DNA from: Candidatus Methylomirabilota bacterium
Lineage (GTDB): Bacteria; Methylomirabilota; Methylomirabilia; Rokubacteriales; CSP1-6
Reading direction: 5' to 3'
Assembly (NCBI GenBank): GCA_046726415.1
Contig: JBKPAK010000341.1
Span: forward strand, 1-18,226
DNA: 18,226 nucleotides
A program made the position numbers and the translations under genes. Below are positions 1-8,791 of the stretch, in pieces. The stretch's first letter is position 1. Each line of letters opens with the position of its first letter. A model generated the notes under the pieces. It was given only the letters and a program-made list of their open reading frames with translations. It searched no databases and had not been told where the DNA came from.

Positions 1-29
1 TCGGGAGAAGGCGCTACGGAGGTCCAGGG

Positions 30-1499
30 ATGATGCAGCTCAGCAAGCGGCTGTTCTTCGCGGCCATAATGGGCGCCCTGCTGGTCGGCGGCACTCTGGG
101 CGTCTACGCGACCGGACGACTGGAATCCCGGGGGGCGGGATCGGTGGCGGCTCCCCTGGTTCAGGCACCCCTCTTGCCCGTCCAGATGCCGCTCACCACC
201 GGAACCTTCGCCAAGGTCGCCGAGGCCATCAAGCCTGCCGTCGTCAACATCACCACGACGGGCCGGGCCGGCGGGCCTATGCGGACCCCGTTCGAAGAAT
301 TCTTCGGGGAGGAGTTCTTCAAGCGCTTCTTCGGCGACGCTCCCGAGCGAATCCCCCAGCGCAGTCTCGGGTCGGGCGTCATCGTCGATGCGACGGGCAT
401 TGCGCTCACCAACGCCCACGTCGTGGAGAGCGCGCGCGACATCGAGGTGGTGACCCTGGACGGCAACAAGCACAAGGCCAAAGTGGTGGGCACGGACAAG
501 AAGACGGACCTAGCGGTCCTCAAGCTCGACGATGGTAAGGGCGGCTTCAACCATGCGCGGCTCGGCGACTCGGACAAGATGCAGGTGGGGGACTGGGTGA
601 TCGCCGTGGGATCCCCGTTCGGGCTCCAGGCGACGGTCACGGCGGGGATCGTCAGCGCGAAGGCGCGCCAGCTCGGCCAAGGGCCGTTCGACGACTTCAT
701 CCAGACCGATGCGGCCATCAACCCCGGCAATTCCGGGGGGCCGCTGGTCAACATGCAGGGCGAGGTCATCGGGATCAATACGGCGATCGTGGCCGGCGGC
801 ACGGGTATCGGGTTCGCGATCCCCTCCAATCTAGCCAGGAAGATCTACACGGAGCTCAACGCGAAGGGAAAGGTTACCCGCGGCTGGCTGGGCGTCGCCA
901 TCCAGCCTCTCACCCCCGAACTGGCGAAGTCGTTCGGAACAAAGGACACAAAAGGCGTGCTGATCTCGGACGTCATCGCCGACAGCCCCGCCGCCAAGGC
1001 CGGCCTTCAGCCAGGCGACATCCTCCTCGAGTTCGATGGCAAAAAGATGGAAGTGCCCGGAGATTTGCAGCGGGCCGTAGGTTTCACGGCCCCGGGAGCC
1101 GGCGCCAAGATGAAGATCCTTCGCGAGAAAAGCGAGCGCACGGTGGAGGTCAAGATCGGGGAGGCCTCCGAGGAGCGCGAGATCGCTTCCCGACCCGGCC
1201 AGCGAGGGCCCACCAGCCTGGGCCTGGAAGTCCGGCCTGTCACGCCCGAGATTGCCCGTCAGCTCAATCTGCGCGCCGCCGAAGGTGTGGTGGTCGTGCG
1301 CGTCGACGACGAGAGCCCAGCGGCCGCGGCTGGCGTTCAGCGAGGCGACGTGGTTCGGGAGATCAACCGCCAGCGAATCCGTACTATAGAAGACTTCGAA
1401 AAGGCCACCAAGGACGCCAAGGAGGGAGACCGAATGACAGTCTTGCTCCAGCGCGGCCCGATGTCCCTCTACGTCGCCTTCACCGTCGGAAGGGGATAA
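30..1499 (+). CDS. htrA: HtrA/DegP/DegQ (Do family) periplasmic serine endoprotease with two PDZ domains
   Basis: 489 aa; N-terminal hydrophobic signal/anchor; trypsin-like triad motifs TNAHVV, TDLAVL and INPGNSGGPL; two PDZ domains (RGWLGV..., SLGLEV...). SD-like GGAGGT at 18-23. Confidence 0.96.
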   Translation: MMQLSKRLFFAAIMGALLVGGTLGVYATGRLESRGAGSVAAPLVQAPLLPVQMPLTTGTFAKVAEAIKPAVVNITTTGRAGGPMRTPFEEFFGEEFFKRFFGDAPERIPQRSLGSGVIVDATGIALTNAHVVESARDIEVVTLDGNKHKAKVVGTDKKTDLAVLKLDDGKGGFNHARLGDSDKMQVGDWVIAVGSPFGLQATVTAGIVSAKARQLGQGPFDDFIQTDAAINPGNSGGPLVNMQGEVIGINTAIVAGGTGIGFAIPSNLARKIYTELNAKGKVTRGWLGVAIQPLTPELAKSFGTKDTKGVLISDVIADSPAAKAGLQPGDILLEFDGKKMEVPGDLQRAVGFTAPGAGAKMKILREKSERTVEVKIGEASEEREIASRPGQRGPTSLGLEVRPVTPEIARQLNLRAAEGVVVVRVDDESPAAAAGVQRGDVVREINRQRIRTIEDFEKATKDAKEGDRMTVLLQRGPMSLYVAFTVGRG

Positions 1500-1517
1500 G
1501 CAAGCCTGCGGGACACT

Positions 1518-1533
1518 GTCGGGGCGCCCCGAC
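1518..1533. repeat. Perfect 16-bp palindrome GTCGGGGCGCCCCGAC downstream of htrA
   Basis: Read directly, starting 19 nt after the htrA stop; no U-tract follows. Confidence 0.6.
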
Positions 1534-1620
1534 CACCGGGCGACCGCCTCGGTTTGGCTGCGCCCGAGTCCCTCGCTTCCCGCCCACCGGCTCTTCTTAG
1601 CGGCGATCACTCATATCATC

Positions 1621-1629
1621 TGCTAAACT
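1621..1629 (+). promoter_or_regulatory. Putative extended -10 promoter (TGcTAAACT) for dnaJ-clpB
   Basis: TGn + TAAACT at 1621-1629 in a locally AT-rich patch, with 10 nt between it and the ATG at 1640. Confidence 0.5.
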
Positions 1630-1639
1630 CGATGTAGGT

Positions 1640-2689
1640 ATGGCCATTGAGTTCAAAGACTATTACCGCATTCTAGGAGTCGATCGGAGAGCCGACCACA
1701 AGGCCATCAAGTCGGCTTACCGACGGCTGGCACGGAAGTATCACCCGGACGTCGCCAAGGGGAAGGAAAACGAGGAGAGGTTCAAGGAGGCCACCGAGGC
1801 CTACGAGGTTCTTTCCGATCCCGAGAAGCGGCGACGCTACGACAGCCTAGGACCCGACTGGCAGCGGTATGCGACGCGCGGTGCGCCGGGCGGGGGAACG
1901 AGTACGGGCTTTCGCGTGGAATATGGCGGGGCCGAAGACTTCTCAGACTTCTTCCGCACCATCTTCGGCGACCTCGGAGCCCGAAGCACGGGCGGCGCGG
2001 GACGGGGCCCAGTCGGCTTCACCTTCGAGGAACTTTTCGGCCCGGGCGTGCCCGCGGGCGCGAGGGGTCGAGGACGTGGCGGTGACGTCGAAGCGAGCAT
2101 CGAGATCTCACTCGAAGAAGCGTACGCCGGTGCGCGCAAGACCCTGACCCTGGAATCCCAGGAACCGTGCGCGACGTGCCGCGGCTCCGGCCACGTCGAC
2201 GGCAAGGCGTGCGGCAGTTGCCACGGCGGCGGCTGGCAACGGGCTCGCCGCGCGGTGGACGTCAAGATCCCCGCCGGAGTCAAGACGGGGCAGCGCGTGA
2301 GAGTGAGCGGAGAGGGCGGCGACGGAACGCAGCAGCGGGGGGATCTCTACCTGGTTGTCACGGTCGCCCCCCATCCGGTGTTCGAGCGCCGCGGGGACGA
2401 TCTCCACGTGACCCTGCCGATCACCGCCCCCGAGGCGGCCCTGGGCGCGTCGGTGGAAGTGCCGACCTTGCGCGGAAAGGTCTCGATGCGAATTCCTCCC
2501 GGGACCTCGAGCGGGCGCACCTTCCGGCTGCCGGGATACGGGATGCCGCGCCTCAAGGGCGGCGGCGGCGGCGATCAGCTCGTGACCACGAAAATCGCGA
2601 TGCCGGCCTCCCTCACGGACGCGGAGCAAGAGCTGTATCGAAAACTGAACGCCCTCCGGAGCGACAACCCGCGGGCGTACATGGGGTGA
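1640..2689 (+). CDS. dnaJ: DnaJ/CbpA-family co-chaperone (J domain, G/F region, two CxxCxGxG motifs, C-terminal domain)
   Basis: 349 aa; DYYRILGV...[12 protein letters not shown] (HPD motif)...[18 protein letters not shown]-rich linker with [14 protein letters not shown] and CGSCHGGG; C-terminal VKIPAGV/GDLY/GDQLV motifs. Confidence 0.93.
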   Translation: MAIEFKDYYRILGVDRRADHKAIKSAYRRLARKYHPDVAKGKENEERFKEATEAYEVLSDPEKRRRYDSLGPDWQRYATRGAPGGGTSTGFRVEYGGAEDFSDFFRTIFGDLGARSTGGAGRGPVGFTFEELFGPGVPAGARGRGRGGDVEASIEISLEEAYAGARKTLTLESQEPCATCRGSGHVDGKACGSCHGGGWQRARRAVDVKIPAGVKTGQRVRVSGEGGDGTQQRGDLYLVVTVAPHPVFERRGDDLHVTLPITAPEAALGASVEVPTLRGKVSMRIPPGTSSGRTFRLPGYGMPRLKGGGGGDQLVTTKIAMPASLTDAEQELYRKLNALRSDNPRAYMG

Positions 2690-2696
2690 CAGAGGC

Positions 2697-5294
2697 ATGA
2701 GACTCGACAAATTCACGGTCAAGGCTCAGGAGGCGCTGCAGGCCGCGCAATCCATGTCCGATCAGATCAGCCATCAGGCGATCGAACCGGAGCACTTGCT
2801 CCTGGCGTTGATCCAGCAGCGCGAGGGCGTGGTGGGACCCCTCCTGGGCAAGCTCGGGGCGCGGTCCGACGCCATCCAGAGCGCGTTGAACGAGGAGCTG
2901 GCCCGGATGCCCAAGGTTCGGGGTGGGAGCGGCAAGTACCTCGGGGAGCGGCTGAATGCCGCGCTCGAACGCGCGCAGCGGGAAGCGGAGCGACTGCGCG
3001 ACGAGTATGTCTCGACCGAACATCTGCTCCTGGCCATCGCCCAGGATCGCGACGGCGCGGCCGGACGGCTCCTGGCAGGCAATGGAGTGACCCCGGAGGG
3101 CATCTACAAAGCCCTGGTCGAAGTGCGCGGCACACAGCGGGTGACCGATCCCAACCCCGAGGACAAGTACCAGGCCCTTCAGCGCTACTCGCGCGACCTG
3201 ACGGAAGCAGCCCGCAAGGGCAAGCTCGATCCCGTCATCGGGCGCGACGAGGAGATTCGTCGCGTCATCCAGGTCCTCTCGCGAAGGACCAAGAACAACC
3301 CCGTCCTCATCGGCGAGCCTGGCGTGGGCAAGACGGCCATCGTGGAAGGACTCGCCCAGCGCATCGTGGCCGGCGACGTCCCCGAGGGCCTCAAGGATAA
3401 ACGCGTGGTGGCCCTGGACATCGGCGCGATGCTGGCCGGCTCCAAGTACCGCGGGGAGTTCGAGGACCGGCTCAAGGCCGTGCTGAAGGAAATCACGGAA
3501 TCGGAGGGTCAGGTCATCTGCTTCATCGACGAGCTGCACACCCTGGTGGGTGCGGGGGCCGCCGAAGGCGCGGTGGACGCCGCCAACATGCTGAAGCCCG
3601 CCCTGGCCCGCGGAGAGCTGCGCTGCGTGGGCGCCACGACCCTCGACGAGTACCGCAAGCATGTCGAGAAGGATCCCGCGCTGGAGCGGCGCTTCCAGCC
3701 CGTCCTCGTCCGCGAGCCGTCGGTGGAAGACACCATCGGCATCCTGCGGGGCCTCAAAGACAAATACGAGGTGCACCACAAGGTGACCATCCGCGACTCG
3801 GCCTTGGTGGCGGCCGCGGTGCTGTCGCACCGGTACATCACCGACCGCTTTCTGCCCGACAAAGCCATCGACCTCGTCGACGAGGCGGCCGCGCGGATCC
3901 GCATGCAGATCGACTCCATGCCGCAGGAGATCGACGCGATCGAGCGCCGCATCATGCAGCTGCAGATCGAGCGGGTCTCGGTGGCGCGCGATGACGATCC
4001 GGTGTCGCGCGAGCGGCTGGCCAAAATCGACGCGGAGCTGGCCGAGCTAACCGAGAAGTCCACCGCTCTCAAGGCCAAGTGGCAGACGGAGAAAGAAGGC
4101 ATCGCGCGCCTGGGCCGACTCAAGGAGGAAATCGACACCACCAAGCAGGCCATGGCCGAGGCCGAGCGCCGCGGAGACCTCAATCGCGCCGCCGAGCTGC
4201 GCTACGGCACCCTGCACGGGCTCGAGAAGCAGCGGGCGGAGCTGGAGACCCGACTCGGCGAGCAGGAGAAGGACGGACGGATGCTGCGCGAGGAGGTCAC
4301 GGAGGAGGACATCGCGATCACCGTGGCCAAATGGACGGGTATTCCCGTCACGCGGCTCCTCGAGGGCGAGATGCAGAAGCTCCTCCAGATGGAGGCGCGC
4401 CTTGGCCAGCGCGTGGTTGGCCAGGACGAGGCCCTGGAAGCCGTGGCCAACGCCATCCGGCGAGCCCGCGCCGGGCTGTCCGATCCCCACCGGCCGATCG
4501 GCTCCTTCCTCTTCCTGGGGCCGACCGGTGTGGGCAAGACGGAGTTGGCGCGGGCGCTCGCAGAGTTCCTGTTCGACGACGAGCGCGCCATGATCCGCAT
4601 CGACATGTCGGAGTACATGGAGAAGCACACCGTGGCGCGCCTCATCGGCGCCCCGCCCGGCTATGTGGGCTACGACGAGGGCGGCCAGCTCACCGAGGCC
4701 GTGCGGCGCCGGCCGTACGCCGTGGTGCTGTTCGACGAGATCGAGAAGGCGCACAGCGACGTCTTCAACGTCCTGCTACAGCTGCTCGACGATGGGCGCC
4801 TCACCGACGGCCACGGTCGGACCGTGGACTTCCGGAACGCGGTGGTCATCATGACCTCCAATCTCGGCAGCCATCTCTTCCGCGACTACACGGACCCGGG
4901 CAAGGTGCGACCGTTCATCCTGCAAGAGCTGCGCAACACGCTGCGTCCGGAATTCCTGAACCGCATCGATGAAATCGTGGTCTTCCGGGCGCTCGACCAG
5001 GAACATATCGCGAAGATCGTGGAGATCCAGCTCGAATCGCTGCGCCGCCGCCTGGCCGCCAAGCGCATGGCCCTGGAGGTGACGGAGGCGGCCAAGGCGG
5101 TGCTCGCTCATGAAGGCTACGATCCGACCTTCGGCGCGCGGCCCCTCAAGAGAACCATCCAGCGGCTCATCCAGGATCAGCTCGCCCTCAAGCTGCTGGA
5201 AGGCGAGTTCAGGGAGGGCGACACGGTCACCGTGGATGCGCACGGGCACGAGATCGTGTTCCTGCGCGGCGTGACGGCTGAAGTAGTCTCGTGA
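2697..5294 (+). CDS. clpB: ATP-dependent disaggregase ClpB
   Basis: 865 aa; Clp N-domain, NBD1 ([14 protein letters not shown]), coiled-coil middle domain (AAELRYG), NBD2 ([12 protein letters not shown] pore loop, LFDEIEKAH); no ClpP-binding IGF loop. Starts 7 nt after the dnaJ stop with SD AGAGG. Confidence 0.98.
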   Translation: MRLDKFTVKAQEALQAAQSMSDQISHQAIEPEHLLLALIQQREGVVGPLLGKLGARSDAIQSALNEELARMPKVRGGSGKYLGERLNAALERAQREAERLRDEYVSTEHLLLAIAQDRDGAAGRLLAGNGVTPEGIYKALVEVRGTQRVTDPNPEDKYQALQRYSRDLTEAARKGKLDPVIGRDEEIRRVIQVLSRRTKNNPVLIGEPGVGKTAIVEGLAQRIVAGDVPEGLKDKRVVALDIGAMLAGSKYRGEFEDRLKAVLKEITESEGQVICFIDELHTLVGAGAAEGAVDAANMLKPALARGELRCVGATTLDEYRKHVEKDPALERRFQPVLVREPSVEDTIGILRGLKDKYEVHHKVTIRDSALVAAAVLSHRYITDRFLPDKAIDLVDEAAARIRMQIDSMPQEIDAIERRIMQLQIERVSVARDDDPVSRERLAKIDAELAELTEKSTALKAKWQTEKEGIARLGRLKEEIDTTKQAMAEAERRGDLNRAAELRYGTLHGLEKQRAELETRLGEQEKDGRMLREEVTEEDIAITVAKWTGIPVTRLLEGEMQKLLQMEARLGQRVVGQDEALEAVANAIRRARAGLSDPHRPIGSFLFLGPTGVGKTELARALAEFLFDDERAMIRIDMSEYMEKHTVARLIGAPPGYVGYDEGGQLTEAVRRRPYAVVLFDEIEKAHSDVFNVLLQLLDDGRLTDGHGRTVDFRNAVVIMTSNLGSHLFRDYTDPGKVRPFILQELRNTLRPEFLNRIDEIVVFRALDQEHIAKIVEIQLESLRRRLAAKRMALEVTEAAKAVLAHEGYDPTFGARPLKRTIQRLIQDQLALKLLEGEFREGDTVTVDAHGHEIVFLRGVTAEVVS

Positions 5295-5299
5295 GATGA

Positions 5300-5362
5300 G
5301 GGGCCCGAACGAAGGGCCCCCTTCCCCCCGCTCGGAGCGCCCCGGCTGAGCCGTGGCGCTCC
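5300..5362. repeat. Tandem GC-rich hairpins after clpB (REP-like element or U-less terminator)
   Basis: GGGGCCC-GAACGAA-GGGCCCC at 5300-5320 and GGAGCGCC-c-CGGCT-g-AGCCG-t-GGCGCTCC at 5334-5362. Confidence 0.6.
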
Positions 5363-5409
5363 TCGATCCTCCGCTCCACCACACGCGCGCGCCTTGACGC
5401 CGGGCGCGC

Positions 5410-5438
5410 TTGCCAGTCTACGAATCCTCTGCCACCAT
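5410..5438 (+). promoter_or_regulatory. Possible sigma70-type promoter for MFS-maoC
   Basis: TTGCCA (5410-5415), 17-nt spacer, CACCAT (5433-5438), 18 nt before ATG 5457. Confidence 0.3.
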
Positions 5439-5456
5439 CGTGCGCATCTCACATTC

Positions 5457-6740
5457 ATGACCCCATTGCGTTCCCTCCATCCCGCCTGGATTGTGCTCGG
5501 CGCTCTCACAATTTGCATGATGGCCGCCTCGGGGCTGCGCGCCGGCTTCGGCGTGTACATCAAGCCGATGGAAGGGGAGTTCGGATGGAGCCGGGGCGGC
5601 CTCTCAGGGGCCGCCGCGCTCTCGCTGCTTGTGCTCGGCTCCGTGGGCCCGCTCGTCGGGCGCCTCGCTGACCGCTGGGGTCCGCGCCGGGTCATTGCCA
5701 TCTCGCTCGTCGTGCTGAGTGCGGGCGCGATGGGCTCGGCGTACATCACTTCGCTCTGGCAGGTGTACGCCACCGTGGGCGTCCTGATGGCGATCGGGTC
5801 TGGCGGTCTGGCCCTGGCCACGGGATCGGCGGTCGTGGCCCGCTGGTTCGACACACGGCGTGGTCTGGTGATGGGCATCGCGGCCGGGGCGATGTCAGCG
5901 GGCCAACTCGTGGTGATTCCGCTCGCCGCGGCACTCACCCTCTGGTTCGGCTGGCGCGCTAGCTACTTCTGGCTCGGACTGAGCGTGCTCGCGGTCGCCC
6001 TCCCGCTGGGAGCGTGGCTCGTTCGCAACGACCCCGAGGAGATCGGGCGGCGCCCCTATGGGGCCACCGGTCCCACGAGGACGGTGGCGGAGGCCGCCGC
6101 CATTCAGCGCGCCGGGCGGGTCTCCCTGAGCGAAGCGGGCCGGTTCTCTCAATTCTGGCTGCTCATGGCCACCTTCTTCGTCTGCGGCTGGACGACGGGG
6201 GGCGTGGTCCTGACCCACTTCGTCCCCCATGCCCTCGAGCACAGCTTCACCGAGTTCCAGGCATCGGCCGCCCTCGGCGTCATGGGTGCGATGAACATCC
6301 TCGGCACAGTGAGCTCGGGGTGGCTCTGCGATCGCTTCGGCCGGCGGGGCCCTCTCGCCACGTATTACTTCGTGCGCGGGCTGTCGCTCCTCTTCCTGCT
6401 CTATGTATCGGACATGCCGTCCTTGCTGCTGTGGGCCGCCGTGTTCGGGCTCAACTTCATTTCCACGGTGCCCCCGACCACCACCCTCACCGCGAATATC
6501 TTCGGCCGCTACTCGGTGGGCGAGCTGTCGGGATGGATCTTCTTCGCTCACCAAGTGGGCGCGGCCCTCGGCGCCGCCGCAGCGGGATGGATTTTCGAAT
6601 GGACGGGCAGCTATGCGAGCGCGTTCGTGTCCGCCGCGCTCCTGGCCCTCCTGGCCGCTGGCCTCACCCTGGCCATCCGCGAGGAACCCGTCATCTCGCG
6701 GCGAACACCGACCGGCGCACCGGCCGCGATCACTCCCTGA
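5457..6740 (+). CDS. Major facilitator superfamily transporter (OFA/monocarboxylate-porter-like)
   Basis: About 12 hydrophobic segments; MFS motif A in both halves ([22 protein letters not shown]); [16 protein letters not shown] 5457 ([11 protein letters not shown]) preferred over TTG 5394. Confidence 0.9.
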   Translation: MTPLRSLHPAWIVLGALTICMMAASGLRAGFGVYIKPMEGEFGWSRGGLSGAAALSLLVLGSVGPLVGRLADRWGPRRVIAISLVVLSAGAMGSAYITSLWQVYATVGVLMAIGSGGLALATGSAVVARWFDTRRGLVMGIAAGAMSAGQLVVIPLAAALTLWFGWRASYFWLGLSVLAVALPLGAWLVRNDPEEIGRRPYGATGPTRTVAEAAAIQRAGRVSLSEAGRFSQFWLLMATFFVCGWTTGGVVLTHFVPHALEHSFTEFQASAALGVMGAMNILGTVSSGWLCDRFGRRGPLATYYFVRGLSLLFLLYVSDMPSLLLWAAVFGLNFISTVPPTTTLTANIFGRYSVGELSGWIFFAHQVGAALGAAAAGWIFEWTGSYASAFVSAALLALLAAGLTLAIREEPVISRRTPTGAPAAITP

Positions 6741-6757
6741 GCCCCGAAGGGCGCGTG

Positions 6758-7204
6758 ATGCGGTACTTCGAGGACTTCAAACCGGGCGAGGTGATCGAAC
6801 TGGGAAGCTGGACGATTGCCAAGGAGGAGATCATCGCCTTCGCGCGTCAGTTCGACCCCCAGGTCTTTCACGTCGATGAAGAGGCGGCGAGACAGACCAT
6901 GTTCGGCGGGCTCATTGCCAGCGGCTGGCACACGGGCTCCCTCGTCATGCGACTGTTCTACGACGGCGTCATCAAGGACGCCGCCAGTCTGGGGTCCCCC
7001 GGCATCGACGAGATGCGCTGGATCAAACCCGTGCGGCCCGGCGATTCGCTGGCCGGCCGACTGACCGTCACCGAGTGCATTCCCTCCCGCAGCAAGCCCG
7101 ATCGCGGGATCATTCGCACCCTGCTCGAGCTGCGCAACCAGCATGGCGACCTGGTAGTGAGCATCAAAGGCATGAACCTGATGGGTCGCCGACCGCCGGG
7201 CTAG
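6758..7204 (+). CDS. MaoC-family (hot-dog fold) dehydratase / (R)-enoyl-CoA hydratase-like protein
   Basis: The last 148 aa of the 6014-7204 [14 protein letters not shown]...[17 protein letters not shown]...[11 protein letters not shown]...[10 protein letters not shown], the typical MaoC signature. The upstream part of that ORF overlaps the MFS gene and is spurious. Confidence 0.9.
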   Translation: MRYFEDFKPGEVIELGSWTIAKEEIIAFARQFDPQVFHVDEEAARQTMFGGLIASGWHTGSLVMRLFYDGVIKDAASLGSPGIDEMRWIKPVRPGDSLAGRLTVTECIPSRSKPDRGIIRTLLELRNQHGDLVVSIKGMNLMGRRPPG

Positions 7205-7213
7205 ACGCGGATG

Positions 7214-8761
7214 TCACACCTTCGTGGCGCGCCCCGCCCAGTAGGGATCGCGCAGGAGTCGCTTCACCAGCTTGCCGGCGCTGTCGCGCGGAAAGTCCCG
7301 CTCGAAGGAAATCTGCCGGGGGACCTTGTAACCGGCCAGGTGCGTGCGGGCAAAGGTCGCGATCTCGTCAGCGGCGAGGGTCTCGCCGGGGCGCAGCTGC
7401 ACGGCGGCATGGACGCGCTCGCCCCACTCATCGTCCGGCACACCAAAGACGGCCACGTCCTGGATCTTGGGATGGCCATGCAGGACCCCCTCGATCTCGG
7501 CCGGATAGATGTTGACGCCGCCCGAGATGATCATGTCGCGCTTGCGGTCGCAGATGTAGACGAAGCCCTCCTCGTCGAGATAGGCCACGTCCCCGACCGA
7601 ATACCAGTCGCCGCGGCGCATGTGCCGGGTGGCCTCCGGCTTGTTCCAGTACTCGTCGAACATGCCGGGGTGGCGCTTGACGTACAGCTCGCCCGGTTGG
7701 CCAGCTGGCACCGGCTGGCCGGCGTCGTCGAGGATGGCCAGCTCCACGTCAGAGGCCGGCCGGCCACAGGACCCGGGCTTCCGCAGCACGTCCTCGGGAC
7801 GCAAGATCGTGTTCATGCCCAGCTCCGTCGAGCCATAGAACTCGTAGAGCACCGGCCCGAAGCACCGCATCGCCTCTTCCTTCACACGCATGGGACACGG
7901 CGCGGCGGCGACCACGATCACCCGCATGGACGAGACGTCATAGCGCGCGCGCACATCGGCGGGAAGATCCACGATCCGCTTGAGCAGGGTGGGGGCCATG
8001 AATGTGCTCGTGCAGCGAAAGCGCGCGATCGCCCGGAGCGCCGCCTCGGGCTCGAACCGCGGCATCACGACGACGGGACACCCGAAGAAATGGGCGTACA
8101 TGGCGAATCCTGCCGGCGCCGAGTGGTACAACGGCCCTGCCACCAGGTGCACGTGAGACGAATCGGCGAGTTCGAAGTCGCGAAGTCGCTGCATGATGCT
8201 GGCCGGGTCGATGGCGCGGCGGAGAGCGCCTTTCGGCTTTCCCGTCGTCCCCGCGGTGTAGATCATCGAGCCGCCGCCCCCGGCCGCGGCGGGAGGCGCC
8301 GCGCTGCTCTCGTGAAGCAGGTCGTTCAGCGACCGCGCCCACCGTCGGCGCTCCTCGCCGACGAAGATCCAGTGGCGGACCGCCCGGATGGCGCCGCGCA
8401 CCTCCTCGGCTATCGGCACGAATGAATCGCCGACGAATACGATGGCCGCGGCGGAGTCGTCGAGGATGTACCGCACCTCCTCCGCGGTGAGCCGGTGGTT
8501 CATGGGAATGGCCACCGCGCCCGCCGACCGGGCGCCACTGCTGGCGAGCAGATTCTCGACCGAATTGGCGGCGTAGACGATGGCGTGGTCGCCGGCTCGA
8601 AGCCCCATCGCGGTCAGGGCGTTAGCGAGTCGATTGCGCGCGTCGTGGAACTCGGCCCAGGAGAGTCGCCGGTCGTCCTGGATCACCGCTGGTCTGTCGG
8701 GAATTCGCCCCGCGTGAAGGGCGATGAGGTCTCCCGGCGCGGGGCGGTCCGCCTCGCTCAT
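7214..8761 (-). CDS. AMP-forming acyl-CoA synthetase/ligase (ANL superfamily)
   Basis: 515 aa; P-loop IYTAGTTGKPKG, YGSTE, VGD, RKRDMIISGGVNIYPAEIE and terminal GKL motifs. Confidence 0.94.
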   Translation of the reverse strand: MSEADRPAPGDLIALHAGRIPDRPAVIQDDRRLSWAEFHDARNRLANALTAMGLRAGDHAIVYAANSVENLLASSGARSAGAVAIPMNHRLTAEEVRYILDDSAAAIVFVGDSFVPIAEEVRGAIRAVRHWIFVGEERRRWARSLNDLLHESSAAPPAAAGGGGSMIYTAGTTGKPKGALRRAIDPASIMQRLRDFELADSSHVHLVAGPLYHSAPAGFAMYAHFFGCPVVVMPRFEPEAALRAIARFRCTSTFMAPTLLKRIVDLPADVRARYDVSSMRVIVVAAAPCPMRVKEEAMRCFGPVLYEFYGSTELGMNTILRPEDVLRKPGSCGRPASDVELAILDDAGQPVPAGQPGELYVKRHPGMFDEYWNKPEATRHMRRGDWYSVGDVAYLDEEGFVYICDRKRDMIISGGVNIYPAEIEGVLHGHPKIQDVAVFGVPDDEWGERVHAAVQLRPGETLAADEIATFARTHLAGYKVPRQISFERDFPRDSAGKLVKRLLRDPYWAGRATKV

Positions 8762-8791
8762 CGCGCTGCGAGGAGCATGGGGTCCGGGCGG

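Noticed and set aside
2613..5384. Several long antisense or alternative-frame ORFs over clpB
   Set aside because: Typical shadows of a conserved GC-rich gene, with no domain motifs.
6014..6757. Apparent 248-aa N-terminal extension of MaoC
   Set aside because: Overlaps the MFS gene in another frame, is low-complexity Arg/Pro-rich, and homology begins at MRYFEDF.
7211..8425. 404-aa + strand ORF antisense to the acyl-CoA ligase
   Set aside because: Codon-mirror shadow ORF; the minus-strand protein carries all the family motifs.
8758..8778. Mini-ORF MLLAAR* whose stop overlaps the acyl-CoA ligase ATG
   Set aside because: Could relay coupling like the livH/livM case, but it does not overlap the upstream stop and has no SD or flanking repeat; likely chance.
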